From assembly GCF_963921235.1 (NCBI RefSeq), contig NC_086097.1, positions 37,822,001 to 37,886,000 of the forward strand: 64,000 bases of DNA, in the 5' to 3' direction. Source of the DNA: Mobula hypostoma (lineage: Eukaryota). A program made the position numbers and the translations under genes. Below are positions 1 through 14,959 of this stretch, piece by piece (positions within the stretch are counted from its first letter, which is position 1; each line of letters opens with the position of its first letter). The notes beneath the pieces are model-generated. The model had not been told where the DNA came from. It did no database searches and saw only the letters and a program-made list of their open reading frames with translations.

Positions 1-2430
1 CCCCTTCTTAAGCTCCTTTCTTGCTACCCTATATTCCTCAATAGACCCATCTGATCCTTGCTTCCTAAACCTCATGTATGCTGCCTTCTTCCACCTGACT
101 AGATTTTCCACCTCACTTGTCACCCATGGTTCCTTCACCCTACTATTCTTTATCTTCCTCACCAGGACAAATTTATCCCTTACATCCCGCAAGAGATCTC
201 GAAACATCAACCACATGTCCATAGTACATTTCCCTGCAAAAACATCATCCCAATTCACACCTGCAAGATCTAGCCTTATAGCCTCATAATTTGCCTTTCC
301 CCAATTAAAAATTTTCCTGTCCTCTTTGATTCTATACTTTTCCATGATAATTATAAAGGCCAGGGAGCCGTGGTCACTGTCCCCCAGATGCTCACCCACT
401 GAGAGATCTGTGACCTGACCTGGTTCATTACCTAGTACTAGATCTAGTATGGCATTCCCCCTGGTCGGCCTGTCCACATACTGTGACAGGAATCCATCCT
501 GGACACACTTAACAAATTCTGCCCCATCTAAACCCTTGGAACTAATCAGGTGCCAATCAATATTAGGGAAGTTAAAGTCACCCATCATAACAACCCTGTT
601 ATTTTTGTATCTTTCCAAAATCTGCCTCCCAATCTGCTCCTCTGTATCTCTGCTGCTACCAGGGGGCCTATAGAATACCCCCAGTAGAGTAACTGCTCCC
701 TTCCTGTTCCTGACTTCCACCCATATTGACTCAAAAGAGGATCCTGCTACATTACCCACCCTTTCTGTAGCTGTAATAGTACTCCCCTTTTTCTGCCCTC
801 TCTATCCCTTTTAAAGCACTGAAATCCAGGACCATTGAGAATCCATTCCTGCCCTGGTGCCAGCCAAGTCTCTGTAATGGCCACTACATCATAATTCCAT
901 GTATGTATCCAAGCTCTCAGTTCATCACCCTTGTTCCTGATGCTTCTTGCATTGAGGTGCACATATTTCAGCCCTTCTACCTTACTGTCTTTACACCGTT
1001 TATTCTGCTTCTCTTTCCTCAAAGCCTCTCTATATGTTAGATCTGGCTTTACTCCATGCACTTCTTTCACTGCTCTATCGCTCTGGGTCCCATCCCCCTC
1101 ACAAACTAGTTTAAACCCTCCCGAACCATGCTAGCAAACCTACCTGCAAGGATATTGCTCCTCCTCGAGTTCAGGTGCAACCCATCCACTCTGTACAGGT
1201 CCCACCTTCCCCAGAAGAGATCCCAATGATCTAAAAATCTAAAACCCTGCTCCCTGCACCAACTCTTCAGCCACGCATTCAACTGCCATCTCCTCCAATT
1301 CTTACCATCTCTGTCACGTAGCACTGGCAGCAAACCTGAGAACGTCACCCTTGAGGTCCTGTTCTTCAGCCTTCTGCCTAATTCCGGAAACTCACCCTTC
1401 AGGACCTCATCCCTCTTCCTGCCTATGTCGTTGGTCCCAACATGTATCACGACTTCTGGTTGCTTTCCCTCTCGTACCAGGATGTCGTGCACCCGGTCAG
1501 AGACATCCCGGACCCTGGCACCCGGGAGGCAACAAACCATGCGGGTGTCCTTCTCACGTCCACAAAATTTCCTGTCTGCTCCCCTGACTATAGAGTCTCC
1601 AATGACGACAGCTCTCCTCTTCTCCATCCCACCCTTCTGCACCACAGGGTCAGACTCAGTGCCGGAGGCCCTGTCACCATGGCTCACACCTGGTCAGTCG
1701 TCCCCGCCAACAGTATCCAGGATGGTAAACTTATTATTCAGGGGGATGGCTACAGGGGTGCTCTGCACTACCTGTCTGCTCACCTTCACTTTCCCCCCTC
1801 TGATTGTCACCCAACGACCTGCTTCTGACAGCCTAGGTGTGACTACCTCCCTGTAGCTCTCATCTATGACTGCCTCATTCTCCCTTATGAGTCGAAGGTC
1901 ATCCAGCTGCTGCTCCAGATTCCTTACACGGTCTTCCAGATCGCCCAGCCGTATGTACTTCTGGCAGATGTGACTCTGCGGGAGAGGAGCGTTCCCCCAA
2001 GACTGCCACATCTCACATGAGAGGCACATCACTGTCTCAGGAGACATTGTAAAAACTAACTGCGAGCTAGCCTCTTCTCGTCGAAGCCTCTCGAGTCAAA
2101 GCCTCAAAGCTCCACTCCTTCACTGGATCGATCACTCACTCACTGGCCACTTTCCACAGGCCGCTTCACTTGAGCTATCCCTCTATTTATCTGTTTGAGC
2201 TTTTCAAAATGTTTGGTCACCTGACCTCGACTGCCCAATCAGCTGCTTTCTGCTGAGTCTGAGCTATTCAAATCTTGATTGTCTAATCAACGGCTTTCTG
2301 CTGATCTATTCAAATCTTGATTGACTTGATTGCACAGACCAACTGCCAAAACTGCCAGAATCTCTCGAGTCAAAGCCTCAAAGCTCCACTCCTTCACTGG
2401 CCCACTCACGCACTGGCCGCTTTCCACTGG
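1..2430 (-). mobile_element. CR1-clade LINE, 5' portion: 5'UTR, ORF1 (Zn finger + SGNH esterase, one in-frame stop), start of ORF2 endonuclease
   Basis: ORFs 1694..2047 (CLSCEMW...HICQK) and 1106..1687 (VIGDSIVRG, HVGTND, DGLHLN) share a frame and are separated by a TGA; ORF 747..1070 has APE start LNARSIRNK...AITETW; runs off the left edge. Confidence 0.93.
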
Positions 2431-3570
2431 CTAAAATCATTTCTCAAGTTGGAATTCAGCACACTGGAACTCAGGGGCATGAAATATCATCTGGATTTTA
2501 TGGTCAGCAATAAGGTGATTGAACAGACGTGGCCTCAAAGAAAGATCTCCACAAGAGACAGCTAATTTTATAGTGCAGATGTACACTTTTCTGAAGCTGG
2601 TCTTGATTGATTTACAGAATAATTTGGCATTTTCTGGTTTTGTTTTAGATTTCCAACATCCTACGTATGTAGTTTTGATTTGGTAGATTTAAGTATTTGT
2701 TAGGTGCTGCTTGACAGTGCTTAATAATTTTCACCCCTTAATTTAATTCATGTTAGAATAGGAATTCACTATTCTGTAGTTGTATTGATGTTGCAGTACT
2801 TCCAAGTCTAATTTATATCAGAATAATTACTGACACACTTTCCAATAAAAGTGATCAAGCTTACATTCCTTAAAACAAATATCTTGGTGAGCACAGTAAT
2901 TGTCCATGGAGACTTGACTCTTGCTTCACAACAATCATACTCAAAACATCAGTAAAGTTAAGTAGAGGTATGGTTCACTGGACTTCTTCATCTTGATATA
3001 GCCCTGAGTTTTCCTGGAGTATTCCAGTTGAGTGTATTTATTTTCTGTCAGTAAGAAAGGCAGAGCTGAAGAAAGTATTCAAAAGAAAAAGAAAAAGAAA
3101 GGTTTGTTCTCATTTGATGTTGTAAAGTCTGGGGAATCACTCTGGGGTAGAAATATCTCAATGACCTCTTAGTGGAGTGACTGTGAGAGGCCAGATGGAA
3201 GATCCATAAGTAAAGTCAGTTTGAGGAATTTGAGTCTCCCAAGCACTTTAAACTTATACGAGACCACAACTGTCTAATACCAGAATTAAAATGAAGGTAA
3301 AGCAACATAGGCTAAAGTTTAAGCCTCAAATCTAACATACGAGACTAAGCAATGAATTAGAATATAGGGTCAGGATGAACCAAGATCCTGTCCATTGCCA
3401 ATGTACTAGACATCTTATGGGATCATGTTAGTCAGAGAATATATATACAGCTAATTTTATAGTGTAGATGTACACGTATTTGTGATATATATAAAATTAC
3501 AAATATATTACAACAAAGGAACTGTTTCATATCTTGTCTGAGAAATACTGAAGTAATACGACTGTTTTCA

Positions 3571-3741
<171 letters not shown>

Positions 3742-3789
3742 TTAGTTATGCAGTAAAATAAAATGTAATCAGTAATTAAAATATAATCA

Positions 3790-4135
3790 ATCGCTGTCGT
3801 TCATTTCTGGAGTGAGGGGGTCAGGGACTGTATTGTTGCTGTTGCTTTTCTGTGGGGGAGGGGTTGGGCACTTGGTGCTATTGTTTCTGTTTTTTTTCTG
3901 CAGGGAGGGAAAGCAAGGGACTTGATACTGTTGTCACTGTTTTTTCTGCGTGGAAGGGGGTAGGGGATTTTGGGGTTTGTGAGTTCTGTTTCTTTTTCCT
4001 GGGGGGGGGGAGCCAATGTCTTGTCTTTTGACAACTCCCATGGTAATTTTGTATTTCATGGCTATCTGGAGAAGACAAGTATCAGAGTTGTATTGTACAT
4101 ATATACTTTGACAATAAAATGAACCTCTGAACTTT
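3790..4135 (+). mobile_element. 3' part of a non-coding SINE-like retroelement
   Basis: Degenerate GTTGCTGTTTTTTCTG(G)n repeats ending ACAATAAAATGAACCTCTGAAC; similar to the reverse complement of 31290-31560. Confidence 0.6.
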
Positions 4136-4249
4136 TCATTTGTAATCAATAACAAGAAATCATGACTGTATTAAAATATTGTTTTTAATGAAAGCATCCC
4201 GCAATTTACTGAATTGCACATTTGAAGAATGAAACTGAAAAGCAACTTA

Positions 4250-4495
<246 letters not shown>

Positions 4496-5175
4496 TTAGC
4501 ATTACATTTACAGAAGAATCAAATCCATTAATATTTATAAATGGGACAAAAGTGGATGTTCAAGAAGTCTTGATTTTTTTTCCTGCTAGATTGTTAGCTG
4601 AGTGTTCCAGTACAGGGATCCCTGGAGGAACAGCTTCTTGACAAGTCCTTGAACCGCAGGATCACAAGAATCCTACAGCCAACTAAAAACAAAGAACATT
4701 TTTAAAAATGACTTCATGGATTCTTAAGAAATTCAAGCTGAATCCTTACTGAGAACAAGATAATTTGGTTTTCGAAGAGTGAATACACAGCCATTGACCT
4801 AAACCCAGATTATTATTTTGCCTGTTCCAACAATATTGCTTCTGCAAGAAGGATGGTCCACTGTACATTTTAATTTCCCAGATCATAAAATTCTGGTGAT
4901 CTTGCTACCAGACAGAACAAGAGTAACATTATATTTTAGGCACTGAGGACCACTTGAATGAATTGTTGAGGTAACTACCAAACTGGTTGCAGCAAAGATA
5001 ACTACACAAAAGAACATGGAGCAATTTGTTTGACTTCTGTAAATAGTTGTACAGATAATAACATCTGACAGTAAGAGATAGAAAATGGCTTTGCAGTATT
5101 TTTAAAAAGCATTTTTATTCATAACATATTCGGGTACTGGGGGATAAAAAGGTGAAGCTGTATCAAGATACTCAC

Positions 5176-5284
5176 TCTGACATGAGGAAGATAGATAAGG
5201 CCACTGAAAGATGTGAGGTTATTGTGCTCTAAATTAATTTTTTGCAAGCGCCCATATATCTCTGGAGGTACAAGATCTACAGAT
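5176..5284 (-). CDS. LRRC9: LRRC9 exon (SVDLVPPEIYGRLQKINLEHNNLTSFSGLIYLPHVR)
   Basis: ccttaccAG acceptor, GTGAGT donor, 109 nt, phase 2 to 0. Confidence 0.94.
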
Positions 5285-6046
5285 CTGGTAAGGAATATAA
5301 AAAAAGACAACTTACTTTAAATAACATTACCTATTTTCAGGTTTATTATTAAATTATAATTTAATTTTTAATTTATTTTAAAAATATTGTTGAGTTATAT
5401 AGAAATTACCCAATCATTACACAGGCATTTCGTACTTTGCATGGCCAATTTTTCTAATCCAATGGACTCCCAGAAATGTGGAATCTGTGGAGACCATTCA
5501 GCCCCCTCAGCCTGTTACATAGATAGGTGATTGACTACTATAGTTGTGTATCTGAAATAATCTTCCTAATCTGCAGTGTCCAAAACTTTACACAGCATTC
5601 CAGGAGATATCTAATCAGGTTTTGAACAGCTGCAGCCAATAATGCAGATCCAAACCATCAGGATTTTCAAACAATCAGATAGCAAAATATTGGAGTTTAC
5701 TGTACTTTAAAATTGCAACACTTAAGGAAAAATAACATATCATCTCCTCATGGCAGAAATAAATTGAAAACTTCCAATCATAATTCATAATAGAGAGTAA
5801 AACATCAACTGATCATATAATTTGAATTGTGAAAAATCTTAATCATTTCAATAGTTTTATGCTGGTGCAGTTGCAAACTCTACAAACTTAAAACTTTATA
5901 CTAATAAGAACTTGACTTGAAAAGGCAAATACCATATTAGAGATATTGTTGTCTGATTACAAGGACTATATCAAGAAGATAAAAGAATCACATTATATTT
6001 ATTTTGACACACAGCTTCATTGTTTGCACCAAGTCTTCATATATTA

Positions 6047-6178
<132 letters not shown>

Positions 6179-7554
6179 CTACAAACAAATACAAAATAGG
6201 ACAAGTTCTTCTATATAGCTATATTTTTGTATACAGAAGAATTCTGAAATATACATTCCTGCAATAACTTATATGAATTAAAATATAATAAACTAATTTA
6301 ATGTGCAATATTCTAGAAACTTAATGAAACCAATTAAACTCATAGTTACATTTTCAAATTCAACCGATTCTCTCAGATAGCCAACATTCCCTTTATTGAG
6401 ATATTTTACTTATTTAAAATGAAATAACCTGCCACTATGAGGTCAAGCTGGGACTATCTTTATCCCTTATGATTTTCCATCTTCTGCCTCCTGCGTTACA
6501 GAGGTCAGCCCAAACCAGTAGAGATCCAATTGACTGTTCTGGAACTCTGCGAGTTCCCATCAAATGTAAATAGATTTAAGGAACTTGGAGAAACCATATC
6601 TCCAGCCTTGACCTTTGCTTTCATGCCAGTCCCATGACAAGCCCAGCCTGGACCCCTGTTGCCCAAAGATGAGAAATTGAGAGGAGGGTTGCAAGAAACG
6701 TGTAAAGGAAAAGGATAGAGGGGAAATGGAGAAAGGGAAAGGGGGATGGGGAGGGTATTCTAGAAAAATAGGGGTACCAGGAAATTCGGAGGATGAAGGA
6801 CTGGGGTTACCAACAGCAATGCACATTATTTATATGTGATATTGGCTATACAAAATAACATTACAATAGGATGTCTTACATGGGCAGTTGACTGATAGGC
6901 CCTAGCTTCACACGTTTAGCCGGATGGCTTCAGGATAGTTCAAAACAATGACTCAGTATATGCAATAAGTATTGAGTTTCTTTGGCTTGCCTTCTAAATC
7001 AATCAAAGCTTATCCTGAAGTGAAGCTCCCAGTAGAATAAGCCAAGTCCATGACCATAATCCTTTTCAATGATGATCATCCCACAGGCCGTGTCTCTTAC
7101 ATTTCCTGAACAATGTTTACAAACTTAAATTTCCCCTATGCCCCATCCCCTGCAGTAATCTAAACAATACTCTCCAGATCTCAAAGGTGCATCCCAAACC
7201 AAAATGTCAAGATTTTTCAAGAGAGCGATATCCTGTATCAAGCATAGGGTTGTTCTGATTGCCTATCTTAATGAAGTTACATGGTAGAAAATGTACCAGT
7301 ATAGAAGGTGTAGCCTTTGCTGAATTTCTCAGTTTTATTATTGCTGTTGTGGTTCCTAAGGTTATCATAGCTGGGGGTGGTAGTGGGGATAAGCTCCCAG
7401 TACCTATAAAGTGCTCCAAACAGCATGCAACTATAGCAGCCTCTGACAACCAAGTCCAACTCTTGGTCTTCACATGTTCCTTAGCTACTAGGCCCAGCGG
7501 AACTCTTTCTACTGATAAGAGAAGGGGCAAAAGCAGACCACTGGCACCTCAAAA

Positions 7555-7880
7555 CCAGTTGCTTTGGGCAGGTGGGCCTTGTCAGCCTTGGAAAAGGAAA
7601 GCTCTGATTTTAAACCCCCACTGCGGCCATACCCACCCATGGGAAAGGCTTCAGGAGTAAACCCTGAGAAAGAAAGCCAGAGCTGGAGTCCTTAAGACTG
7701 TTTGATGTTGTCTACAACTACACTCTGGCAACCTCTGTGACGACACTGGTGCTAAGCTATATCGGTGCTTGCCCTTCCCTTGGACTACATCAGTGATGTG
7801 GAGAGGGGGAATCTGCTGCATGGGCACAGCCGGTTCTTCAAATCCTCCCCCCCAGGCTTGTGCCCTGCAGAGGATCAACG
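7555..7880 (+). mobile_element. Probable RTE-type retroelement 5' region / SINE-like fragment
   Basis: GC-rich island resembling recalled RTE-like 5' sequence (GTCAGCCTTGG...CTCTGATTTTAAACC...GAGTAAACCCTGAG); family assignment tentative. Confidence 0.4.
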
Positions 7881-8774
7881 GCTACCTACCTACATTATTG
7901 TTGTAAGAAATTTGTGGTTAGCTATGAATGAAGATCATTGTTTTAAATCATGAGTTATTTCTGAAAATGATTTTCAGAATGTATTTTCTTTCATTTGTAT
8001 GGAAAAGTCAATGACTACTTTTCTATGCAGCATCTTTTAGGACTAGCACAGTTTTCATCACCTCAAATTGCAAATGCAAATTTTGCTTGCTCTATGCACT
8101 GCTTCAGGCCCATGACATCTGGGAAGTTGGCCAAAAAGTGAGTTGGTACACTATTGGTCTCCTTTGATACTTAACATGATTCCCACAATCTGCACCATTT
8201 CAAGCCATTAGCTGCACCCAGACAGACCATCTTAACCAAATGGTATCGGGGAAGCTTGTACCACAATTTTGGCATCCATTTTACTCGACCATGTGAACAA
8301 TGAAAATAAATTTATAGTCTGTATGTCTCAGCCTTTTTAATATAATAATTTGAAAAGTCGTTATTGTTTGTTGTATTTGCAAATTCTAAAAAAAATCCTA
8401 CAGAGGGCACTACACTGACATAGATATAGGATAACTCTAGTTCCTGCCTGACTTGCTGTGTTCCTCCAGCATTTTGTGTATGTTGCAGGTTAACCAGCAA
8501 AGTTGGCAACAGGCTTACAAAATGACAATGAAAAGCACAAGCTACTCCTTTGGCAAGAACATGAAACCTTGGTGGGTATTTCTAAATAATATAAAACAAA
8601 ACTTCAAGTGTAATTTATTGTTTTTCTTTTAATAAGTAATTTCTAATAAATAGTAAATGCTAGCTTTTATAAGAGAGCAAATTGTTCTTCTTGTGTCTGC
8701 CTGTGGAGTGTTGTGCCTAAGAGATTTCCTACATCCCTCCTCCAGTTCCAAGACCTGTGCTTCTATTCATCAAG

Positions 8775-8950
8775 GCCTCCGGCGAATTAAAGGAAATACT
8801 TAATGACTTGTGGCTAAAAGGATCAGGGGGTATCGAGAGAAGGCAGGTACAGGGTTGTGAGTTGGATGATCAGTCATGATCACACTGAATGGCAGTGCAG
8901 GCTCGAAGGGCCGAATGGCCTACTCCTGCACCTATTTTCTATGTTTCTAT
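8775..8950 (+). mobile_element. CR1 3'-end fragment
   Basis: GGGCCGAATGGCCTACTCCTG 3' hairpin then TTCTATGTTTCTATG tail. Confidence 0.8.
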
Positions 8951-9464
8951 GATCTCATACATTCAGTTGACTTGATCACAGTTTTCTTCCAGGTGGTTTG
9001 AGATTATGCATTTTGGCCTCAATTAGGTCAAGAATTGGACCAACCAGAAACACCTTTCCCATTATTGAGTAATCAAACAATTTTAATAACTCATTGAACT
9101 AGTATGAAAAAGAGAAGTTTCTTTTGAAACACTAATGCTATTTAAAAATGTTTTTGCATCACAAATTCTTTATTGAATACATTGATTCTATTGCCACAAT
9201 GCCATGGATATTGTTGTGTATTTAATATGTCAGAAATATTCCAGTTATGTTATAAATATATTGTTTGATTAAGCATTCTTTTAGTTTACATAATGCATTG
9301 CAAGTTTATATGTAAAAGCACATGAAGGCCATATATCATATGTACAGGCCTTGTTTAAAGTAAAAATGGAGTTAAACTCGGATTCCCAGCTCCATATTTC
9401 TTTTTCAATTACTTTTAGGGTTTGGAGTTACAAAACATCACAGATATTCTTTAACTTCCAACTC

Positions 9465-9660
9465 CATGGAATGGGTTGCTGGCAGCGGTGGTGGAGGCGG
9501 AAACGATAGGGTCTTTTAAGAGACTCCTGGATGGATACATGGAGCTTAGAAAAATAAGGGCTATGGGTAAGACTAGGTAGTTCTAAGGTAAGGACATGTT
9601 CGGCACATCTTTGTGGGCCGAAGAGCCTGTATTGCGCTGAAGGTTTTCTATGTTTCTATG
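9465..9660 (+). mobile_element. CR1 3'-end fragment
   Basis: Close match to 16360-16552; TTCTATGTTTCTATG tail. Confidence 0.8.
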
Positions 9661-9879
9661 ATTCCTATGAAGTGTTTACACTTCAAGTTTTGACAATTAT
9701 CAACAGGGCAGATAACCAGAAGAACACAACAGCCGCAATGGCCCCAGCCCTTGAAACTGGATAATTTGATGGAAATTGATAAACAAATCTAGACTATTCT
9801 GCAGGGCTGAACAATGCTGTAAGCTAAAGGCCAGCTGAGAAATTTTAAAAAATGTAATATAATATTTTAATTTGCACTA

Positions 9880-10047
<168 letters not shown>

Positions 10048-10599
10048 CTAAAAACATAAATAAAAGAAAAAGTATATTCCATAATTTTAAAGAAGTGGTC
10101 TTCAACAATTACATAATATCATTCTTTTATGGAATGCAGTACAAGAAACAATAGACAAAACTAAAGCAATAATTCCTCTTTAATATGGGTAAATTATAGA
10201 AGCCCAGAAAGAGGCTATTCAGACAAGTTTTTATGCTAACCTTTGGCAAAGTCCCATCCCGAAAGTTCCATGCTACTGCTCTTTCCTCACAATCTCCTTT
10301 TGTATTAAGGATTTTTCAACTTGGTTCAACATTCAGAAACCCTTATCTTAACAAGACTGTATGAGTATCTTTATTAAAATGATTAATTTTGCGCTTTTAC
10401 ATTAGAAGTCCCCATAACTCCTGCTTCATAGTTTTTAGAGTAACTGAGCTCTGTGTGGATCTTCAGGCTCTTGTACCTCCTCCTTCACAGGCAATAGTGT
10501 TCATGGGCTCATGGATTATTCACAAATCTGAAGGTGAAGGCATTCCTAGGTCATTGAAGTTGTTTCTTTAGGCTCCTGTAACTCTTTCCTGATAGAAGC

Positions 10600-13500
10600 A
10601 GCAAAAAGAGGGTGTCGTAGGAGCGGGCAACGGAGTAGTGGGAGACAGAGCAGGAAGGCTTTGGCTCGAGAGGCTTCGGCAAGCAGAGGCTGAGGACGAG
10701 CTTGCTCCCAGTGAGGTAAGGCCGGGTAAGCTCCTTTAATTAATCTAATTAACTTAGTAGTAGGTAATGGAGGCAGCAGTTAGGGTAGTCGAGTGCTCCG
10801 TTTGCAGTATGTGGGAAGTCAGGGCGAGCACGATTTCCCTGATGGCTACACCTGTTAAAGGTGCATCCAGCTGCAGCTCCTGACAAACCGAGTTAGGGAA
10901 CTGGAGCTGGAGCTGGATGAACTTCGGATCATTCGTGAGGCAGAGGCAGAAATAGACAGGAGTTTCAGGGAGATAGTCACCCCTAAAAGTCAGGAGGCAG
11001 GTAGCTGGGTGACTATCAGGAGAGGGAAGGGGAATAGACAGAATGAGCAGAGCACCCCTGTGGCCGTTCCCATCAACAGTAGGTATACCATTTTGGATAC
11101 TGTTGGTGGGGACGACCTACCAGGGACAAGTTGCAGTGGTCACGTCTCTGGCACCAAGACTGGACCCTCAGCTCAGAAGGGAAGGAGGGAAAAGAGGAGT
11201 GCAGTCATGATACGGGATTCGATAGTTAGGGGGACAGATAAGAGGTTCTGTGGGAGAGATCGAGAATCCCGGATGGTCTGTTGCCTCCCTGGTGCCAGGG
11301 TCCGCGATATCTCGGATCCAGTTCTTGGTATTCTCAAGAGGGAGGGTGAGGAGCCAGATGTCGTGGTCCATGTAGGGACCAATGACGTGGATAGGAAGGA
11401 GGAGGAGGTCCTGCAAAGAGAGTTTAGGGAGTTAGGTGCAAAATTGAAGGACAGGACCTCCAGGGTTGCAATCTCAGGATTGCTACCTGTGCCATGTGCT
11501 AGTGAGGCTAGAAATAGGAAGATAATGCAGCTGAATACATGGCTAAAGAGTTGGTGCAGGAGGGAGGGCTTCATGTCTCTCGACAATTGGGCCCTGTTCC
11601 AGGGAAGGTGGGACCTGTTCCGACTGGACAGTTTGCACCTGAGCTGGAGGGGAACTAACATCCTTGCAGGTAGATCTGCTAATGCTGCTCCAGGGGGTTT
11701 AAGTTAGATTTGCAGGGGGAGGGGAACCAGAGTGTTAGAGCAGAGAGTGAGGTGGAGGAGGATAAAGGGCATGCGAGAACTGCAAGTATAGACAGAAATC
11801 AAAGGTTTGTACGAGATAGAAATGTTCTCAGGTGCATCTATTTCAATGCAAGGAGTATTGTAGGTAAGGCAGATGAGCTCAGGGCATGGATTAGCACGTG
11901 GGATTACGACATTGTTGCTATTACTGAGATTTGGTTGCAGGAAGGGCAGGACTGGCAGCTTAATGTTCCGGGGTTCCGTTGTTTCAGATGTGACAGAGGG
12001 GGAGGGATGAAAGGGGGATGACTGGTATTACTTGTCAGCCTGGAGGGCTCATCTACAGAGGCCATATGGGTGGAGGTGAGGAACGGAAAAGGTGCGACCA
12101 CACTAATAGGGTTGTATTATAGACCGCCCAATAGTCAGAGAGAATTGGAGGAGCAAATCTGTAGAGAGATAGCAGACTGATGTAAGAAACAGAAAGTTGT
12201 AATAGTAGGGGATTTTAACTTTCCACATATTGACTGGAACACCCACACTGTGAAAGGGCTAGATGGCTTGGAGTTTGTCAAATCTATTCAGGAAAGTTTT
12301 CTAAATCAATATATAGAGGTACCAACAAGAGAGGATGCAACATTCCATCTCCTATTAGGGAACCAGACAGGTCAGGTGTCAGAAGTAGGCAAACATTTTG
12401 GGTCCAGTGACCATAATGTCATTAGTTTCAAGTTAATTATGGATAAGGATAGGTCTGGTCCCCGAGTTGAGGTTCTAAATTGGAGAAGGGCCAATTTTGT
12501 GGAACTGAGAAAGGATCTAGGAAGAGTGGATTGGGAGAAGTTGTTTTCTGGCAAGGATGTGTTCAGTAAGTGGAAGTCGAAATTTCCAAGAAATTCAAAG
12601 GCGAAGTTTTGAGAGTGCAGAGTTTGCATGCTCCTGCCAGGATTAAAGGCAAAGTTAACAGGCATAGGGAACCTTGGTTTTCAAGGGATATTGGCGATCT
12701 GGTTAAGAAAAAGAGAGAGGTGTATAGCAGGAGTAGGCAACAAGGAACAAATGAGGTACTTGAAGATTATAGAAAACGTAAGAAAATATTAAAGAAAGAA
12801 ATCACGAAGGCAAAAAGAAGACATGAGGTTGCTTTGGCAGATAATGTGAAGGTAAACCCGAAGGGTTTCTACAAGTATATTAAGAGTAAAAGGTTAGTAA
12901 GGGACAAAATTGGTCCCCTAGAAGATCAGAGTGGTCATCTATGTGTGGAGCTTCAGGAGATGGGGGAGATCTTAAACAGTATTTTGTCATCAGTATTTAC
13001 TCAGGAAACTGGCATAGTGTATATGGAAAGAAGGGAAACAAGCAGTAGTGTCATGGAACATATAGAGATTAAAGAGGAGGAGGTTCTTTCTGCCTTACAG
13101 CAAATAAAGGTAGATAAATCCCCTGGGCCTGATAGCATATTTCCTCGGACATTGAGAGAGACTACTGTAGAAATTGCAGTGGCCCCCAGCAGAAATATTT
13201 AAAATGTCCTTAGCCACCGGTGCGGTGCCGGAGGATTGGAGGGTGGCTCATGTTGTTCCGTTATTTAAAAAAGGATCTAAAAGTAAAGCAGGCAATTACA
13301 GATCGGTGAGCCTGACATCAGTAGTAGGTAAATTATTGGATGGTGTTCTGAAAGATCGGTTATACAAGTATTTGGACAGCCAAGGGCTGATTAAGGATAG
13401 TCAGTGTGGCTTTGTGCGTGGTAGATCGTGTTTAACAAATCTTGTAGAGTTTTTTGAGGAGATTACAAAGAAGGTAGATGAGGGAAAGGCTGTGGATGTT

Positions 13501-14525
13501 GTCTACATGGACTTTAGTAAGGCCTTTGACAAGGTCCCACATGGGAGGTTAGTTCAGAAGGTTCAGACACTAGGTATCCATGGAGAGGTTGTAAACTGGA
13601 TTCAAAATTGGCTGTGTGGGAGAAGACAGAGAGTGGTTGTGGATGATTGTTTATCAGACTGGAGGCCTGTGACTAGTGGTGTGCCTCAAGGATCTGTGCT
13701 GGGACCATTGTTGTTTGTTGTCTATATCAATGATCTAGATGAAAATGTGGAAAATTGGATAAGCAAGTTTGCTGATGACACTAAGATTGGAGGCGTTGTG
13801 GACAGCGAGGAAGGCTTTCAAAGCTTGCAGAGGGATCTGGACCAGCTGGAAAAATGGGCTAGAAAATGGCAGATGGAATTGAATGCAGACAAGTGTGAGG
13901 TGTTGCATTTTGGAAGGACAAATCAAGGTAGGACATACACAGTAAATGGTAGGGCACTGAGGAGTGCAGAGGAACAGAGGGATCTGGGAGTTCAGATACA
14001 TAATTCCCTGAAAGTGGTGTCACAGGTGGACAGGGTGGTAAAGAAGGCTTTTGGCATCCTGGCATTCATAAATCAAAGTATTGAGTATGGGAGTTGGGAT
14101 GTTATGGCAAGGTTGTATAAGACATTGGTGAGGCCAAATTTGGAATATTGTGTGTAGTTGTGGTCACCTAACTATAGGAAGGATATCAGTAAGATTGAAA
14201 GAGTGCAGAGAAGATTTACTAGGATTGTTGCTGGGTCTTCAGGAGTTGAGTTACAGGGAAAGATTGAACAGGTTAGGACTTTATTCCTAATTTAGGGGGA
14301 ACACTAGGGGGAACTTCTTCACTCAGAGTGTGGAACTAGCTGCCATCTGATGTGGTAAATGCGGGCTCACACTTAAGTTTTAAGAATAAATTGGATAGAT
14401 ACATGGATGGGAGAGGTCTGGAGGGTTATGGACAGGGTGCAGGTCAATGGGACTAGCGGAATAAAGTTTTGGCACAGACTAGAAGGGCCGAATGGCCTGT
14501 TTTCTGTGCTGTAGTGTTCTATATC
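10600..14525 (+). mobile_element. Near full-length, disrupted CR1 LINE (ORF1 esterase, ORF2 APE + RT)
   Basis: ORF1 ATG at 10767 (MEAAVRVVECSVCSMWE) to 11707; ORF2 pieces YFNARSI, GDFN, GSSDHN, GNYRSVSLTS, GVPQGSVLGP, FADD; 3' GGGCCGAATGGCC hairpin and short tail; several frameshifts and stops. Confidence 0.95.
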
Positions 14526-14959
14526 TCAGATGGTGAAGACCCTTAATGATGATGCCACCTTCTTGAGGCACCACCTCTTGAAGAAGTCCCCGATGATGGG
14601 GAAGTGCCCATGGTGGAGCTGGCTGAGACTACGACTCTCAGCAGTGTCTTGCAATCTTGCACATTGGAGCCTCCATAACAAGCTGTGACGCAACCAGTTA
14701 GAATACTCTACACCATCTATCTGTTGAAATTTCTAAGAGTCTCTGGTAACACATCAAATTTCCTCAAACTGCTAATGAAGTAAAGCCGCTGGTGTGCTCT
14801 CTTCATGACAGTGTCGAATGGTTGGGCCCAGGATAGATCTCAAAGGTTCAAAGTAAATTTATTATCAAAGTACATATATGTCCCCGTATACTAACCTGAG
14901 ATTCATTTTCTTGCAAACATTCACATTAGAACAAAGAAATACAAAAGAATCAATGAAAA

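Noticed and set aside
7207..7660. Opposing 107 and 133 aa ORFs
   Set aside because: Non-ATG starts, no motifs, no splice support, partly in a repeat.
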